Source of the DNA: Phyllobates terribilis
Lineage: Eukaryota
Direction: 5' to 3'
Length of the DNA: 64,000 bases
Assembly (NCBI RefSeq): GCF_046119375.1
Contig: NW_027362817.1
Coordinates: 3,658,001-3,722,000 of the forward strand
Positions 20,001 to 29,619 of the stretch are shown here, piece after piece. The notes under the pieces were generated by a model. It saw only the letters and a list, made by a program, of their open reading frames with translations, was not told the origin of the DNA and made no database searches. Every line of letters starts with the position of its first letter. The first letter of the stretch is position 1. Made by a program: the position numbers and the translations under genes.

Positions 20001-22690
20001 GACAATCCAACTGAGTTGTCTGTATGCAACTAACAGTACAAAAGAAGCCCCTCTCTTTTCCCCTCCCCTATCAACCATCTGTCAGAGTTAACAAAGCTCT
20101 ATGCAAATCGCAGCACACAGGAGAGGTAGAAAACTCAAGTGGCACAGGCCTGTGATAAATTTACACCTGGGTGAGGAGGATGCAGCTCGATTAAGCTTCA
20201 AACACTACTCACAATAGCCATCTGCAAACTCTAGGCTTTTAAGCACATATTTTTAGCGGCAGGGTCAGCTAAGGCACAATATGCATCTTTTTCCGTAGCT
20301 GTATGCCCCTCTGGTGAGCTGTGGCGCAAATGTACCGAAATAACGGACTGCAGCTATACCATGTGTAGTCTCTAAGGAAAGGTAAATTCGTAATAAAGAA
20401 TATGGTGTCAATTGCAAGCTTCTGCGATCAACCAGCATTAAGTTATCCCAGAAGTTAGATATTTTAATAAAAATATGAAGGATGGAGCCTGGCCCACGTG
20501 AAGTCATGACAGGGGTTGTGTGGGCAGGTCCATACATTGGAATCCGGAGAAGTGTACGCTTGCCGATAGCGACATAGTGAGTAATCAGCGTCGTGTGTGC
20601 ACAAATCCTGTGAATCATGACATCTAGTTTTTGAGTTTTCCTTCAGTTTTACATTTGTGCCTAATTATTCCTTTAATTTGCTTGTCTTTTCTTATGTTCG
20701 CCGATGCTTGCAGAGTTTTGGATTTCCAGATGTTTTCAGCTGATCCATCAATTGCAACTTTTGAAAAAGCAGTAAAACTTAGTGCAAATGTACTCTAGCC
20801 CTCGACTTGAGATTTTATGTACGCCAGTTATTTTGGTGCAATTTTGTGCCATTTTATGAAACGTGTGACTTTTTGTGGCGCTAAAAAGTCACAAAAAAGA
20901 TTAAGCCAAAATTGTGATTTTTGACTTTGTGTAAAATAGATGAATTGTGTGTGATAGTTTGAAGAATGTGACGCAAAACACAAACAAACAACAACGAATA
21001 CCACAGGACAAAAGAAAAGTGACTTTAAAAGGGAACCTGTCAGCTGATATATGCTGCCCAAACCACGGGCATGCTTTTAGTAGCTGCCCTGGAGCGAGCC
21101 ACACTGTGTACTAGTCGTACAGACGAGTCCCTGTCGGCTTCACTCCGCCCACTGACAGTGACTGACAAATCTCTGCCTGTGTGCGCATGTCAGTGGGTGG
21201 GGAGAAGCAGCTGGGAACTTGCCTGTACGATTAGTAAATAGTGTGGCACTGTCCCTGGAAGCTACTAAAAGTATGTTTTTCTCTGAAACACCCTAGCGCT
21301 TCAGAGACAAACATACTTGGCTGTGATTGTCCAGCCAGCGGCTAATACACACAGCCCATGGTCTGGTCAGCATGCATCACCTGACAGATTCCCTTTAAAA
21401 AAATGCAAAATGATGAATCAGGGCCTGAAACTTTCTGCTTTACAGAAGTTGTCCCGCTCTACCTAATGACTCTGTTCTGGCAGGTAAGGTTACAGAACAC
21501 TGAGCACATCAAACCTTTAGTTGAATTTCTTGTACTTGTAGTTTCACTCTGTTCTCCAACTCACTCACTCTTCTCACAGTGCTACTTAATAGATCAAAGT
21601 CACTTAAACCTGTAATAAAATGCCAATTCTTGTCAACAGCTCAGCCACATAATCAAATCTTAGAAATCTATTACTGTATATATCTTTCTCAAGATTACCA
21701 CCTTGTTCCTTCCTAAGGGCATGTGTCTTCTGTTGAGAAAAACTGTTGCCGGATGGAAGACTTACAACTGACAGACAGAAAATAAAAGGGAATGCAATGT
21801 ACATATGTAAATCTGATTGCATATTAAATATGATTATATGTATCATACTTCAAGCTTTGCCTGTCATACTTCAAGCTTTGCCTGTCCAGCACTAATATTA
21901 TATATTTTTATATACAACAACAGGAACATCAGACAGGAAGAGGCTCCCTTACGTCGGTCCATCTGCGCCCCCTCAATGCCAACATTGGATCTAAAGATGG
22001 CCATTAGGGATCTAACAATGGAGGCCAATGGCAGGGCTTAATGCATAGAATAAGTAGCTACTGTAAGAGATCAAGGTATCAGTTGTTTCTTTAAGGAATA
22101 AATGTAACAAGTGTTAAAGTAAGAAAGAAACCTGATTATGAGGTCTCTCCTGCGTCATGGCTGGTCTGCCCAGGTTTTCTTTCAGGTGGAGGAAACTAGC
22201 TTGTTTTTCAAGAAGACTCTTCAGCAAACAGCAGTGTTTTTTTTCACAAGCATCTCTCTAAGTGTTTTTCTTTGTTGTTACTTGAGCCAGGGGTTTTTGG
22301 CAGTAGTTTTTTCAGCTTTTTTACTGGCATTTTCTATATTTTTTTAACTCCATAACAAGGTAACATTCTGCAATACAGGGAGCAGCTGGTCATGCAACTG
22401 TCCACTGCTGCTCTGTCTGGAGACTTACCTAGGTGTGTAGCATTGTCTTTAAATGGGGCAGCTCTCCTCCTAGGAGTAAAGAAAGAAATACTGAGGACTG
22501 GCGCTACCAAGACGCGAGGAGTGTGCAGGGAAGTGACGCCAAGCTGCAGCTACCCGGCTCTGGCCGCTCCGGTCATCGTCTTCTGGGGGGTCCCCGATAG
22601 CTCCGCTGTGGGAACGCCCTGGGACATCTGCTGGCCGCCGAGGCTCTTATTCCTCCGAGATCTCCCTAATGTGGCCAGTGGACCGCTCAT
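4941..22690 (-). CDS. UBXN11: UBX domain-containing protein 11 (Socius), coding exons 1-9; 3' exons not found in window
   Basis: join of 22690-22554, 22469-22429, 21767-21702, 21609-21515, 19812-19755, 19685-19606, 5516-5429, 5289-5102, 5018-4941. All introns are GT-AG and phases are compatible. Translation: MSGPLATLGRSRR...GRRAAPFK...SDFDLLSSTVRRVSELENRVKLQVQEIQLKDQEIAALE...CQELQKKVDEMERFLSDYGLIWVG...DFDLVLENLRDLN...PVPLTLYKNGIIMFQGPFRSYQEPSTQQCLRDIMDGYFPSELQTRFPDGVTFQ. This matches from memory the UBXN11 N-terminus, coiled coil and SEP domain (human MSSPLASL..., ERFLSDYGLQWVG, CLRDILDGFFPSELQ). Confidence 0.93.
5102..5289 (-). CDS. UBXN11: UBXN11 exon 8 (SEP domain; DFDLVLENL...EPSTQ)
   Basis: ttttccaaccag|ATTTT...ACACAG|gtacga; 188 bp, phase 1-0; contained in ORF 5066..5332. 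Confidence 0.9.
5429..5516 (-). CDS. UBXN11: UBXN11 exon 7 (RFLSDYGLIWVGDDGSSEASEQETLDSSA)
   Basis: ttttttacactcag|CGA...GCAG|gtgact; 88 bp, phase 0-1. Confidence 0.92.
5816..6254. mobile_element. TTAA-targeting (T2/Kolobok-type) MITE
   Basis: TTAA|AGAGGTTGTCCAGGAC ... GTCTTGGACAACCCCT|TTAA; internal inverted symmetry. Confidence 0.85.
6346..7946 (-). mobile_element. Tc1 DNA transposon, full length (1601 bp), transposase disrupted
   Basis: TA|CAGTACAGACCAAAAGTTTGGACAC...GTGTCCAAACTTTTGGTCTGTACTG|TA; TIRs of about 260 bp. ORF 7497-6817 (WS[N]ESK, GGGVMVWGCF) continues after a lesion in 6760-6497 (WPPQSPDLNPIEMVW). Confidence 0.95.
8724..9302 (+). mobile_element. Solo LTR (579 bp) with 4-bp TSD
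   Basis: GCAC|TGTGAGG...CCTTACA|GCAC; AATAAA near 9227. Confidence 0.8.
9736..11890 (+). mobile_element. Gypsy (Gmr1-like) LTR retrotransposon 5' half: LTR, gag, protease remnant; 3'-truncated
   Basis: LTR about 9736-10201 (TG...CA, AATAAA near 10132). Degenerate PBS TTCGTGCGAGAGTGCGTGCA resembles the tRNA-Ala type TGGTGGAGAATGCGGGCA. Gag with polyQ N-terminus, VEAFLTVLERVA..W..LAPYLTGE, Zn knuckle CWQCHNPGHVVAQC; protease LLESG; frameshifted. Confidence 0.88.
11925..13345 (-). mobile_element. Penelope-like element P1 (RT + GIY-YIG), 5'-truncated, degenerate
   Basis: RT RYIDDILLVW...INFLDVTL...YRKST (13300-12984). GIY-YIG remnant NVVYTVRCGLCDLQYVG...KLISRE.WIYQL (~12500-12130). Hammerhead-like motif in the 3' region. 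Confidence 0.88.
11998..12040 (-). ncRNA. Degenerate minimal hammerhead-like motif (core ATGATTA...CGAAACGCGTA)
   Basis: Minus strand TGTCA-ATGATTA-A-GACTCACTGGTTTGCTTC-GAAAC-GCGT-A. Same architecture as other PLE hammerheads, but stems I and II are weak. Confidence 0.5.
13356..13598. mobile_element. Isolated terminal inverted repeat of the same Tc1 family as 6346-7946
   Basis: TA|CAGTACAGACCAAAAGTTTGG..., near-identical to 6346-6575; ends abruptly at Penelope RT. Confidence 0.92.
13599..16480 (+). mobile_element. Penelope-like element P2 (RT + GIY-YIG), 5'-truncated; 3' end approximate
   Basis: ORF 13604-14284 (SLDVESLYTSI, GTAMGARCAPSYANL, FRYIDD) is frameshifted into 14310-15047 (VIYALVCPCSLVYIGQT...RIQQH, ESRWIY..GIN). 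Long 3' region with hammerhead at 16037-16079. Confidence 0.92.
16037..16079 (+). ncRNA. Minimal hammerhead ribozyme motif, canonical CTGAGGA core, GAAA mutated to GTAA
   Basis: ACTC-CTGAGGA-A-GCC(AGGACCTAAT)GGC-GTAAC-GCGT-A-GGGT. Stem I ACTC/GGGT, stem II GCC/GGC, palindromic ACGCGT stem III. Confidence 0.65.
16693..16776. repeat. Compound microsatellite (TGTA)n(TA)n
   Basis: Read directly from the sequence. Confidence 0.97.
16785..17469. mobile_element. LTR-like element related to solo LTR 24346-25451
   Basis: Shares GGCACCTCCATTTTGGAGGAGGTGCCT, GGCCATTGGCCGGGG, CCCCTTTAAG..GGGAGCGCGCGCG and the GCTACA terminus with 25210-25451. No TSD seen; left boundary uncertain. Confidence 0.55.
17470..18230. 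repeat. G-rich degenerate tandem repeat (unit like ACAGTATGGGGGAG), probably the interior of a non-autonomous DNA element
   Basis: Recurrent CAGTAT(G)GGGG motifs; produces spurious Pro/His-rich minus-strand ORFs. Confidence 0.7.
18522..18805. mobile_element. TTAA-type (T2) MITE
   Basis: TTAC|AGGAGTTGTCCAAG...CCTGGACAAGCCCT|TTAA. Confidence 0.75.
19471..19573. mobile_element. hAT-type MITE (103 bp), 32 bp from UBXN11 exon 6
   Basis: TIR CAGTGTTTCCCAAAC...GTTTGGGAAACACTG; degraded 8-bp flanks GACTATAT/GGCTAGAG. Confidence 0.8.
19606..19685 (-). CDS. UBXN11: UBXN11 exon 6 (coiled coil; HPQGGKQVQELGKKCQELQKKVDEME)
   Basis: ttctatttatag|AC...ATGGAG|gtatgt; 80 bp, phase 1-0. Confidence 0.9.
19755..19812 (-). 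CDS. UBXN11: UBXN11 exon 5 (DQEIAALEQKIKKLQTWRT)
   Basis: ttatattttag|GAT...GACAG|gttgtt; 58 bp, phase 0-1. Confidence 0.9.
20080..20622 (-). mobile_element. LTR-like interspersed repeat, shorter relative of 23384-25703
   Basis: TGTCA...TGACA ends. Reverse complement aligns in blocks with 23470-23550, 24120-24300 and 25525-25560. No TSD found. Confidence 0.55.
21030..21394. mobile_element. TTAA-type (T2) MITE
   Basis: TTAAA|AGGGAACCTGTCAG...CTGACAGATTCCCT|TTAA. Confidence 0.8.
21515..21609 (-). CDS. UBXN11: UBXN11 exon 4 (LSDFDLLSSTVRRVSELENRVKLQVQEIQLK)
   Basis: ttttattacag|GT...CTAAAG|gtttga; 95 bp, phase 1-0. Confidence 0.9.
21702..21767 (-). CDS. UBXN11: UBXN11 exon 3 (VSLPSGNSFSQQKTHALRKEQ)
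   Basis: ttttctgtctgtcag|TT...CAAG|gtggta; 66 bp, phase 1-1, bridges exons 2 and 4 in frame. Sequence is poorly conserved, so support is mainly splice sites and phase. Confidence 0.7.
22429..22469 (-). CDS. UBXN11: UBXN11 exon 2 (RRAAPFKDNATHL)
   Basis: tttctttactcctag|G...CTAG|gtaagt; 41 bp, phase 2-1; an RR..PFK motif as I recall for non-mammalian UBXN11. Confidence 0.85.
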
Positions 22691-22800
22691 GCTGCACCGC
22701 CATATTGTTTGCAGCTGGTAACTAGGCGACCAGCACGTCTGGCCGGAAGTGCAGCACTGGGCCCAGGGAAGCGATTAGATCGGAGTGAATCCACTCTAGA
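22480..22800 (-). promoter_or_regulatory. CpG-rich promoter/first exon of UBXN11 with RFX X-box-, YY1- and ETS-like motifs
   Basis: High CpG density around the ATG. GTAACTAGGCGAC (22718-22730; rc GTCGCCTAGTTAC, X-box-like), CCGCCATATT (22697-22706; YY1-like), CCGGAAGTG (22743-22751; ETS/GABPA-like). Confidence 0.7.
22554..22690 (-). CDS. UBXN11: UBXN11 first coding exon (MSGPLATLGRSRRNKSLGGQQMSQG...ARA)
   Basis: ATG at 22690 and MSGPLATLG resembles MSSPLASL. The only in-frame phase-2 GT before the stop is GG|gtagct at 22554/22553. The start is well supported; the donor is less certain. Confidence 0.75.
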
Positions 22801-23383
22801 CAGGTCAGTGCTGAGGAGAGGAGATCCGAGTTGCTGGAGTTGGGGGGCTCAGTAATCCCCTCTGTAATCCGACAGTTCAGCACTAACACCACTAGATCGG
22901 AGCTGATTCCAGGAGCTGCTCATACACTCCGCAGTCTAGACTCATCTTCTGGCTTTTTATTGTTTTTTTAATGCTTTTTTATGGAATTGCTCATGTTTTT
23001 AATGGAGCAAAAATCACAGGTCAGACATGATTTTTTTTTACACTCATCGCTGATTATTGTTTTGCCAAAATGTGACTTCTCATTTGTCAACCAGTCATGT
23101 CCACAGCACAGGAATCAGCACTTGCACAGCACAATATCCGGCGCCATTTTAGTGAAGACATATTTTCAGACTGTCTTCAACAAAATAGCGCTGGAGTCCA
23201 TGCGTGCCAATGCCGTGCTGTCCGGCGCCATTTTGTTGAAGACACACTCGGTCAGACTTACACATCTAGCATTATATTATAGATAGACATATATTATAAA
23301 TTATTTCAGAAATGTCCAGGGTCACTGGAGAACATTTCTGTTGTAATTTATGCCACTTTTGTGATGTAAATTATGATGGCTGA

Positions 23384-25703
23384 TGTCAGGGATTCCACAG
23401 TGACAGGGGAGATCACGCAATATCTCACCGTTGCCGTCAGTCTGTCCGGATTTCGTCAGGGATTTACGAGTACATGATTCCGACTGCTCACTACGTAGCT
23501 ATCGGCAAACGAGCAGAAAGCGTATGGCATCACACCTGCGGATTCCAAAGCATGGAATATGTGTACACGCCCCGTACGGTTACTGCCAGCTTCACGATAG
23601 CCCAATTATTATTATTCTCTGCCACTACCGGCCGATGTTTGAACTATAATACAGCCCTGGCCAGACGCCTGCTTTCTGGTAGCGTATATGGCTTCGGGAC
23701 AGGGAACGATTACAGAGCAAAAGAAACAGAGCTATTAAATTTTACATTTAATCAAAAAGGGAGGCAATGTTTAGGAAAAATATACAAAGATTTTACAAAT
23801 GGACTTTTACAGTACAGAATAGACAGTTACATAAAATAAACAGGATTACAGAAGAAACTTATTATAGAGTTCGCAGAGACGAATCAGTATAGCTGGAGGA
23901 CGGGCTCCCCGATTTAATTTGAGCATTATCGAATGCGATCCGTTGCTTATAGTATCTATACCTCCCTGGCAATGAATATGGATCACTCTTCAGTTGGCTC
24001 TTTTATGCCAAAGGGGGAGACCAGCCCACACATCTCTGTGATGACAACATGTGGGCTCGGGCTCCACCCTTCATGTTTTTATTAAGTTATCGCGGAAGTT
24101 AGATATTTTATCCCTGGTTGCTCACAGAAGCTTGCAAGCGATGCCATATTTTCCGTTATGAATTTACCTTTCTTTGGAGACCACGCATGGCGTAGCTGCG
24201 ATACGTTATTCTGGTACTTTTGCATTACCGCTCCCCGGAGGAGCTCACAGCTATGGAAAAATAAGCATATTGTTCCTTGGCTGAACCTGCCACTAAAAAA
24301 TATAGGTCCTGTCATTATCAGAAGTTTGGAACTTGAGCTATTCTATGTAACGGGTCTGGGAGGCGGAACCTCTGAGCTACTATACAAGGGGGCGGTCCTT
24401 GTAAGGGAGCGGGTGGCGACCAGGGAAGACGGGCAGGCAGTCACAGCAGGTGACCGGGACAGTCTCTGGGTGAACGGACAGGAGGTCACGGCAAGTGACC
24501 GGGGCAGTCTCTGGATGAACGGGCAGGAGTTCACGGCAAGTGACCGGGGCAGTCTCTGGATGAACGGGCAGGAGGTCACGGCAAGTGACCGGGGCAGTCT
24601 CTGGATGAACGGGCAGGAGGTCACGGCAAGTGACCGGGGCAGTCTCTGGGTAAAGGGTTGGTATGACCTGTGACGGCTGAGCCTCCAGGTAGGCTAGCAG
24701 GCAGATGGTAGATGTGAGCTCCCAGGTGAGCAGGCGAGAGTCTCTGGATAAGCGGGTGGTCACAGCATGTGACGGCGGAGCCTCCAGGTAGACCAACAGA
24801 CAGGCAGCAGATGAGCGCTCCCAGGTGAGCGGGCAGGAGTCTCTGGACAGGCGGGTGGTCACAGCACGTGACGGCGGAGCCTCCAGGTAGGCTAGAAGAC
24901 AGGCAGCAGATGAGCGCTCCCAGGTGAGCGGGCAGGAGTCTCTGGACAGGCGGGTGGTCACAGCACGTGACGGCGGAGCCTCCAGGTAGGCTAGCAGGCA
25001 GGTAGCAGATGTGCGCTCCCAGGTGAGCGGGCAAGCTGGTCCATAGACAGACTGACAGGAGTCGGAAGGCAGACCGTCGGACCTCTGGCTAGCAGGCAGG
25101 TAAGCGGAATATCAGGAATCAGACAGCAAACTGGCAGGAATCTGGCAGGTAACTGGCAACGGGACCTGAGGGCTGAAGCAGAGTAGTGAACAGTGCAACA
25201 ACATTGCTCGGGCACCTCCATTTTGGAGGAGGTGCCTTAAATATGGTGAAGTCCTCCGGCCATTGGCCGGGGACTCCTTAGGACTGCGCGGCCCCTTTAA
25301 GAGGGAGGGAGCGCGCGCGCGCGCCCTAAGCACAGTGGCCGGGAAGGAGCGCGCGCTGCCAGCAGAGCGGGAGGAGGACGCCGGGCTCAGAGCAGAGGGG
25401 TGAGGGGAACAGCGTCCCTGCCTAGCAGAGGGCAGGGACGCCGGCGCTACATTCTATATTTCGTATCGGCGCCGGATGTCCTGGGAACTTGTGGCTGGGA
25501 ATTGTTCTGATTATTTGCGAGGGTGTTTGAAGCCTAACGAGCTATTTCCTCTTTTCTTCAATCTCTGCCCATCTGCTAGAGGTGTCTATTTCGCAGGTCT
25601 GTGTTTAGTTTGCCCCTGCCTCTGCCAGGGAGAAAGACCCTTGCATTTTAATTAGGTTATAGCTTTACACGTCACTTCTGCTGTAGGTGATCATTTGCAG
25701 ACA
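23384..25703 (+). mobile_element. LTR-like interspersed repeat interrupted by a solo LTR
   Basis: Starts TGTCAG. Homologous in blocks to 20080-20622. Continuous across the TTCTA TSD at 24341-24345/25452-25456. Boundaries approximate. Confidence 0.5.
24346..25451. mobile_element. Solo LTR (1106 bp) with 5-bp TSD and internal 39-bp and 78-bp tandem arrays
   Basis: TTCTA|TGTAAC...GCTACA|TTCTA. About five 39-bp units (GGCAGTCTCTGGATGAACGGGCAGGAGGTCACGGCAAGTGACCG-like, 24430-24650) and about four 78-bp units (24670-25035). Confidence 0.88.
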
Positions 25704-26879
25704 GATCGCTCTTTAGATTGTCAGCTCTCTTGTGACAAATGGTGGATAAGGGCGGGGTGAAGAGGGGTTTGAAAGAAATGGTTCATATTTTCTTAATATC
25801 TCCCTGACAGCTGAGACGTGTGGACATACAGGAAAATTTGAATTCTATCAAAACTGAACAATCATAGTTATGTGTAATTTTTTATATTATGAAAAGCGAT
25901 GCTAAAACTTATTTTATTCATTTAAAAAAAAATGCACCAAATTGCCGAGATTTTCTCCCTCTCACTCTCCATTAAAGGAAATATCCGGGACTTTATGAAA
26001 AACAAAAAAATGTGCCTAAGCACTAACAGTCAGGTAATTGCTACTTGCCTGCCTGTTGTGCCCGGCCCCATTCTTCCCCAGCACCTCATTACAGAGATGA
26101 CTAGAGCAGAGTTGCTGTACAGAGGTTCATGATTTCTGGGCACACTGTACTGTCTATAAGAACAACCTCCGTACTGCAACTCTATTCTAGCTGTCTCACT
26201 ACAGAGATGACTAGAGCGGAGTTGCTGTACAGTGTTTCATGATTTCTGTGCACGCAGAACTGTCTAAGGCCACGACCCCACTATCAGTATTTGGTCAGTA
26301 TTTTTTCTCAGGAGTGGTAGCCAAAACCAGGAGTGGGTGATAAATGCAGATTTGGTGCACTTGTTCCTATTATACCTTTTCTCTGATTGTTCCTCACCTG
26401 GTTTTGGCTCCCACTCCTGAGAAAAAATACTATCAGTATTTGGTCAGTATTCAGCCAGTATTTTTTCTCAGGAGTGAGAGACAAAACCAGAGTCCCTCTG
26501 CCTTCCCAGTGCCTGCGCACAAGTTTCCTGCTTCACGAGGCTACACAGACTGCCGGAAGAAGAGCGCCTTCCGTACAGGGTAAATTGTGCAGGCGCGGGA
26601 TCCAGCCGGGAACTACTCATCACAGGGCCCTGTGATGTGCAGGGGAGGGGGGGATATGGAAATTAAGCTAATAGGCGAGGATTTCTTGGCGTCCCACGGA
26701 CGCGAAGCTTGTCAAAACTAATTTAATAAAAAGCTTCAGTATTACAAAGCAAGTAGAGCTCTAATATGGGACATACAGGTAAGTATAGATTCACATTTCT
26801 ATCACCTGTATGCCCATATTAGAGGTCAGATATGTGCCGGGGAGGGGGGGGGGTGACAGATTCCCTCTAAGGCCCTCAA

Positions 26880-29613
26880 ATATACAACGTCATGACAACA
26901 TCCGGTTCACCAGACAGCAAGTGCGCAGTGCGCGATCAAAGTAATTTCTCCCTGTGCAGCGCTGACAGGCTGTATAGCACAGGGATGCTGCTGCATCCCT
27001 ATGCTATACAGGCAATAAAAAATATATATACTGTACCCATAAATAAATATTATGAAAAAAAAACAATAAAAGTATATATATGTGGTATTGCGGCATCCGA
27101 AACGACCTGACCTATAAAACTGACCCACTAGTTAACCCCTTTAGTGAACACGGTAAAAAAAAAAATGAAGCAAAAAACGATGCTTTAGCATCATGCTGCC
27201 AAATAAAAAATTCAGTAAAACACGATCAGAAAGACTAATTGCAAATAAAAATGGTACAGTTGAATATGTCATCTTGTCCCGCAAAAAAACAAGCCACCAT
27301 ACAGCTCCATCAGCCTAAAAATAAAAAAGTTATAGCTCTCAGAATAAAGCGATACAAAAAAATTCTTTTTTTTCTATAAAATAGTTTTTATTGTGTAAAA
27401 GTGCCAAAACAAAAAAAAGATATAAATGTAGTACCGCTGTAAATGTACTGACCCAAAGAATAACGCTGCGTTATCAATTTTACCACACACGGAACTATTT
27501 AAAAAGAAAAAAAAAAATTCCGGAATTGTTAGTTTTTGTTTATTCTGCCTCCCAAAAATCGGTACAGAAAGCAATCAAAAAATGTCATGTGCCCGAAAAT
27601 GGTACCAATAAAAACGTCAACTTGTCCCGCAAAAAACAAGCCATCACATGACTGTCGAAATATGGAAAAATTATAGCTCTCAAAATATGGCGAGGCAAAA
27701 ACTAGTCTTTGCAGAAAAATGTGTCTTTTAGTGTGTGACAGCTGTCAATCATAAAAACCCGATATAAATCTGGTATCGCTGTAATCGCACCGACCCGAAG
27801 AATAAAGTCGTCTAATCACTTATACCGCACGAGGAATGGCGTAAAAAATAAACTCTAGGGTTAGGGTTGGGGTTGTATTAGAGTTGTGTTGGGGTTGGGA
27901 TTTTTTCAAAAGTAAAGAAAAAAAAATGACGACGATATGGCGACTAGTGTTGAGCGCAAGTGCTCGCTACTTGAGTTTGCATCAAGTATCGCGGGTGCTC
28001 AAGTGATATTCTCAAGACCTCCGCCCCATATGTTTAGCAGCTGTTATATAGCCAAAGAAACACACGGGGATTGCCTGCCATGCACGAGCGATCCCCACAT
28101 TTTTTTTTGTCGTGTCTAATAACCATGACACATGCAGGGCAGGGACTCGAGCATGTCACTCGAGCACCCGCGATACATGGTGCATACCTGAGTACCTGAT
28201 GCAAACTCAAGTAAGCGAGCACTTGCACTCAAGACTAATGACAACTTATCCAATATGATGACCTAATGTTATCAAATTCTGTGTTGTACCTCTGGGTTCA
28301 AAATGTTCACTATACACCTTGATAAAATCCTTGAGGGGTTTAGTTTCCAAAATAGTGTCACTTGTGGGGGGGTTCCACTGTTTACGCACATCAGGGGCTC
28401 TCCAAATGTGACATGGCGTCCGCTAATTATTCAAGCAAATTTTACATTCAAAAAAGTCAAATGGCGCTCTTTCCCTTACGAACCCTGCCGTGCGCCCAAA
28501 CAGTGGTGTTCAGCTTACTCAGGACAAATTGCACAACAAATTGCATGGTGCAATTTCTCCTTTTACCCTTGTGAAAATGCAAAATTGGGGGCCGAAAAAC
28601 ATTTTTGTTGGAAAATGTGAAAATTTTATTTTTACAGCTCAATGTTATAAATTTCTGTGAAGCACCTGGGGGTTCAAGATGCTCACCACACATCTAGATA
28701 AGTTCCCTGAGGGGGTCTAGTTTCCAAAAATGTTGTCACTTGTGGGGGGGTTTCCACTGTTTAGGCACATCAGAGGCTTCCCAAACACAACATGGCATCC
28801 TCTAATTATTCTAGCAAATTTTACATTCAAAAAGTCGTGTACCCAATCAGTGGTTTTCCCCCACATATGGGGTATCGGCGTGCTCAGGAGGAATTTCACA
28901 ACTAATTTTGCAGTCCATTTTTTCCTGATACCCTTGCCAAACTAAAAAAAAATTGGGGTCTAAAGTAACATTTAGACTTCTAGTCTTCTTCCTCTCTGAA
29001 GAGACAATGTGAAAAAAGTTAAATGTTCATTTCTTTCTTCTACATTCCAAAAATTCCTGTGAAGCACCTGAAGGGCTAATAACGTGTTGAATGTGGTTTT
29101 GAGCACCTTGAGTTGTGCAGTTTTTAGAATGGTGTCACTTTTGGGTGTTTTCTGTCATAAAGGCCCCTCAAAGTCACTTCAAATGTGATGTGGTCCCTAA
29201 AAAATGGTTTTGTAAATTTTGTTGGAAAACTGAGAAATCGCTGGTCAACTTTTAACACTTCCAGAAAATGTTGGTTCCAAAATTGTGCTGATGTAAAGTA
29301 GACATGTGGGAAATGTTATTAACTATTTTGAGTGACATATCTCTCGGATTTAAGGGCATGAACATTCAAATGTTGAAAATTGCTAAATTTTCACCAAATT
29401 TCCGATTTTTTTTTTTTTTTACAAATAAGCGCAAGTCATTTAGAAGAAATTTTACCACAATCATGAAGTACAATATGTCATGAAAAAACAGTCTCAGAAT
29501 CAGTGGGATCCGATGAAGCATTCCAGAGTTATTACCTCATAAAGTGATAGTGGTCTGAATTGTAAAAATTGTCCCGGTCATTAACGTTCAAACCACCCTC
29601 GGGGGTGAAAGGG
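26880..29613 (-). mobile_element. Non-autonomous piggyBac-like element, truncated copy (family PB-A)
   Basis: Ends ...CCCTCGGGGGTGAAAGGG|TTAA, the reverse complement of the left end of 40220-48260. Extensive identity with 48750-51600. No transposase ORF. Confidence 0.8.
27945..28237. mobile_element. hAT-type MITE nested in PB-A (also at 46451-46750 and 50184-50496)
   Basis: TIR TAGTGTTGAGCGCAAGTG...CACTTGCACTCAAGACTA; diverged 8-bp TSD ATGGCGAC/ATGACAAC. Confidence 0.8.
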
Positions 29614-29619
29614 TTAAGA

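Noticed and set aside
22138-22347. A/T-skewed stretch as an additional UBXN11 exon or LINE fragment
   Set aside because: Exons 2 and 3 already join in frame; no open frame with proper splice sites or recognisable motif.
24158-25034. Repetitive ORFs and CRISPR-like appearance of 39/78-bp repeats
   Set aside because: Head-to-tail tandem repeats with no unique spacers, inside a TG...CA solo LTR with TSD; no cas genes; eukaryotic context.
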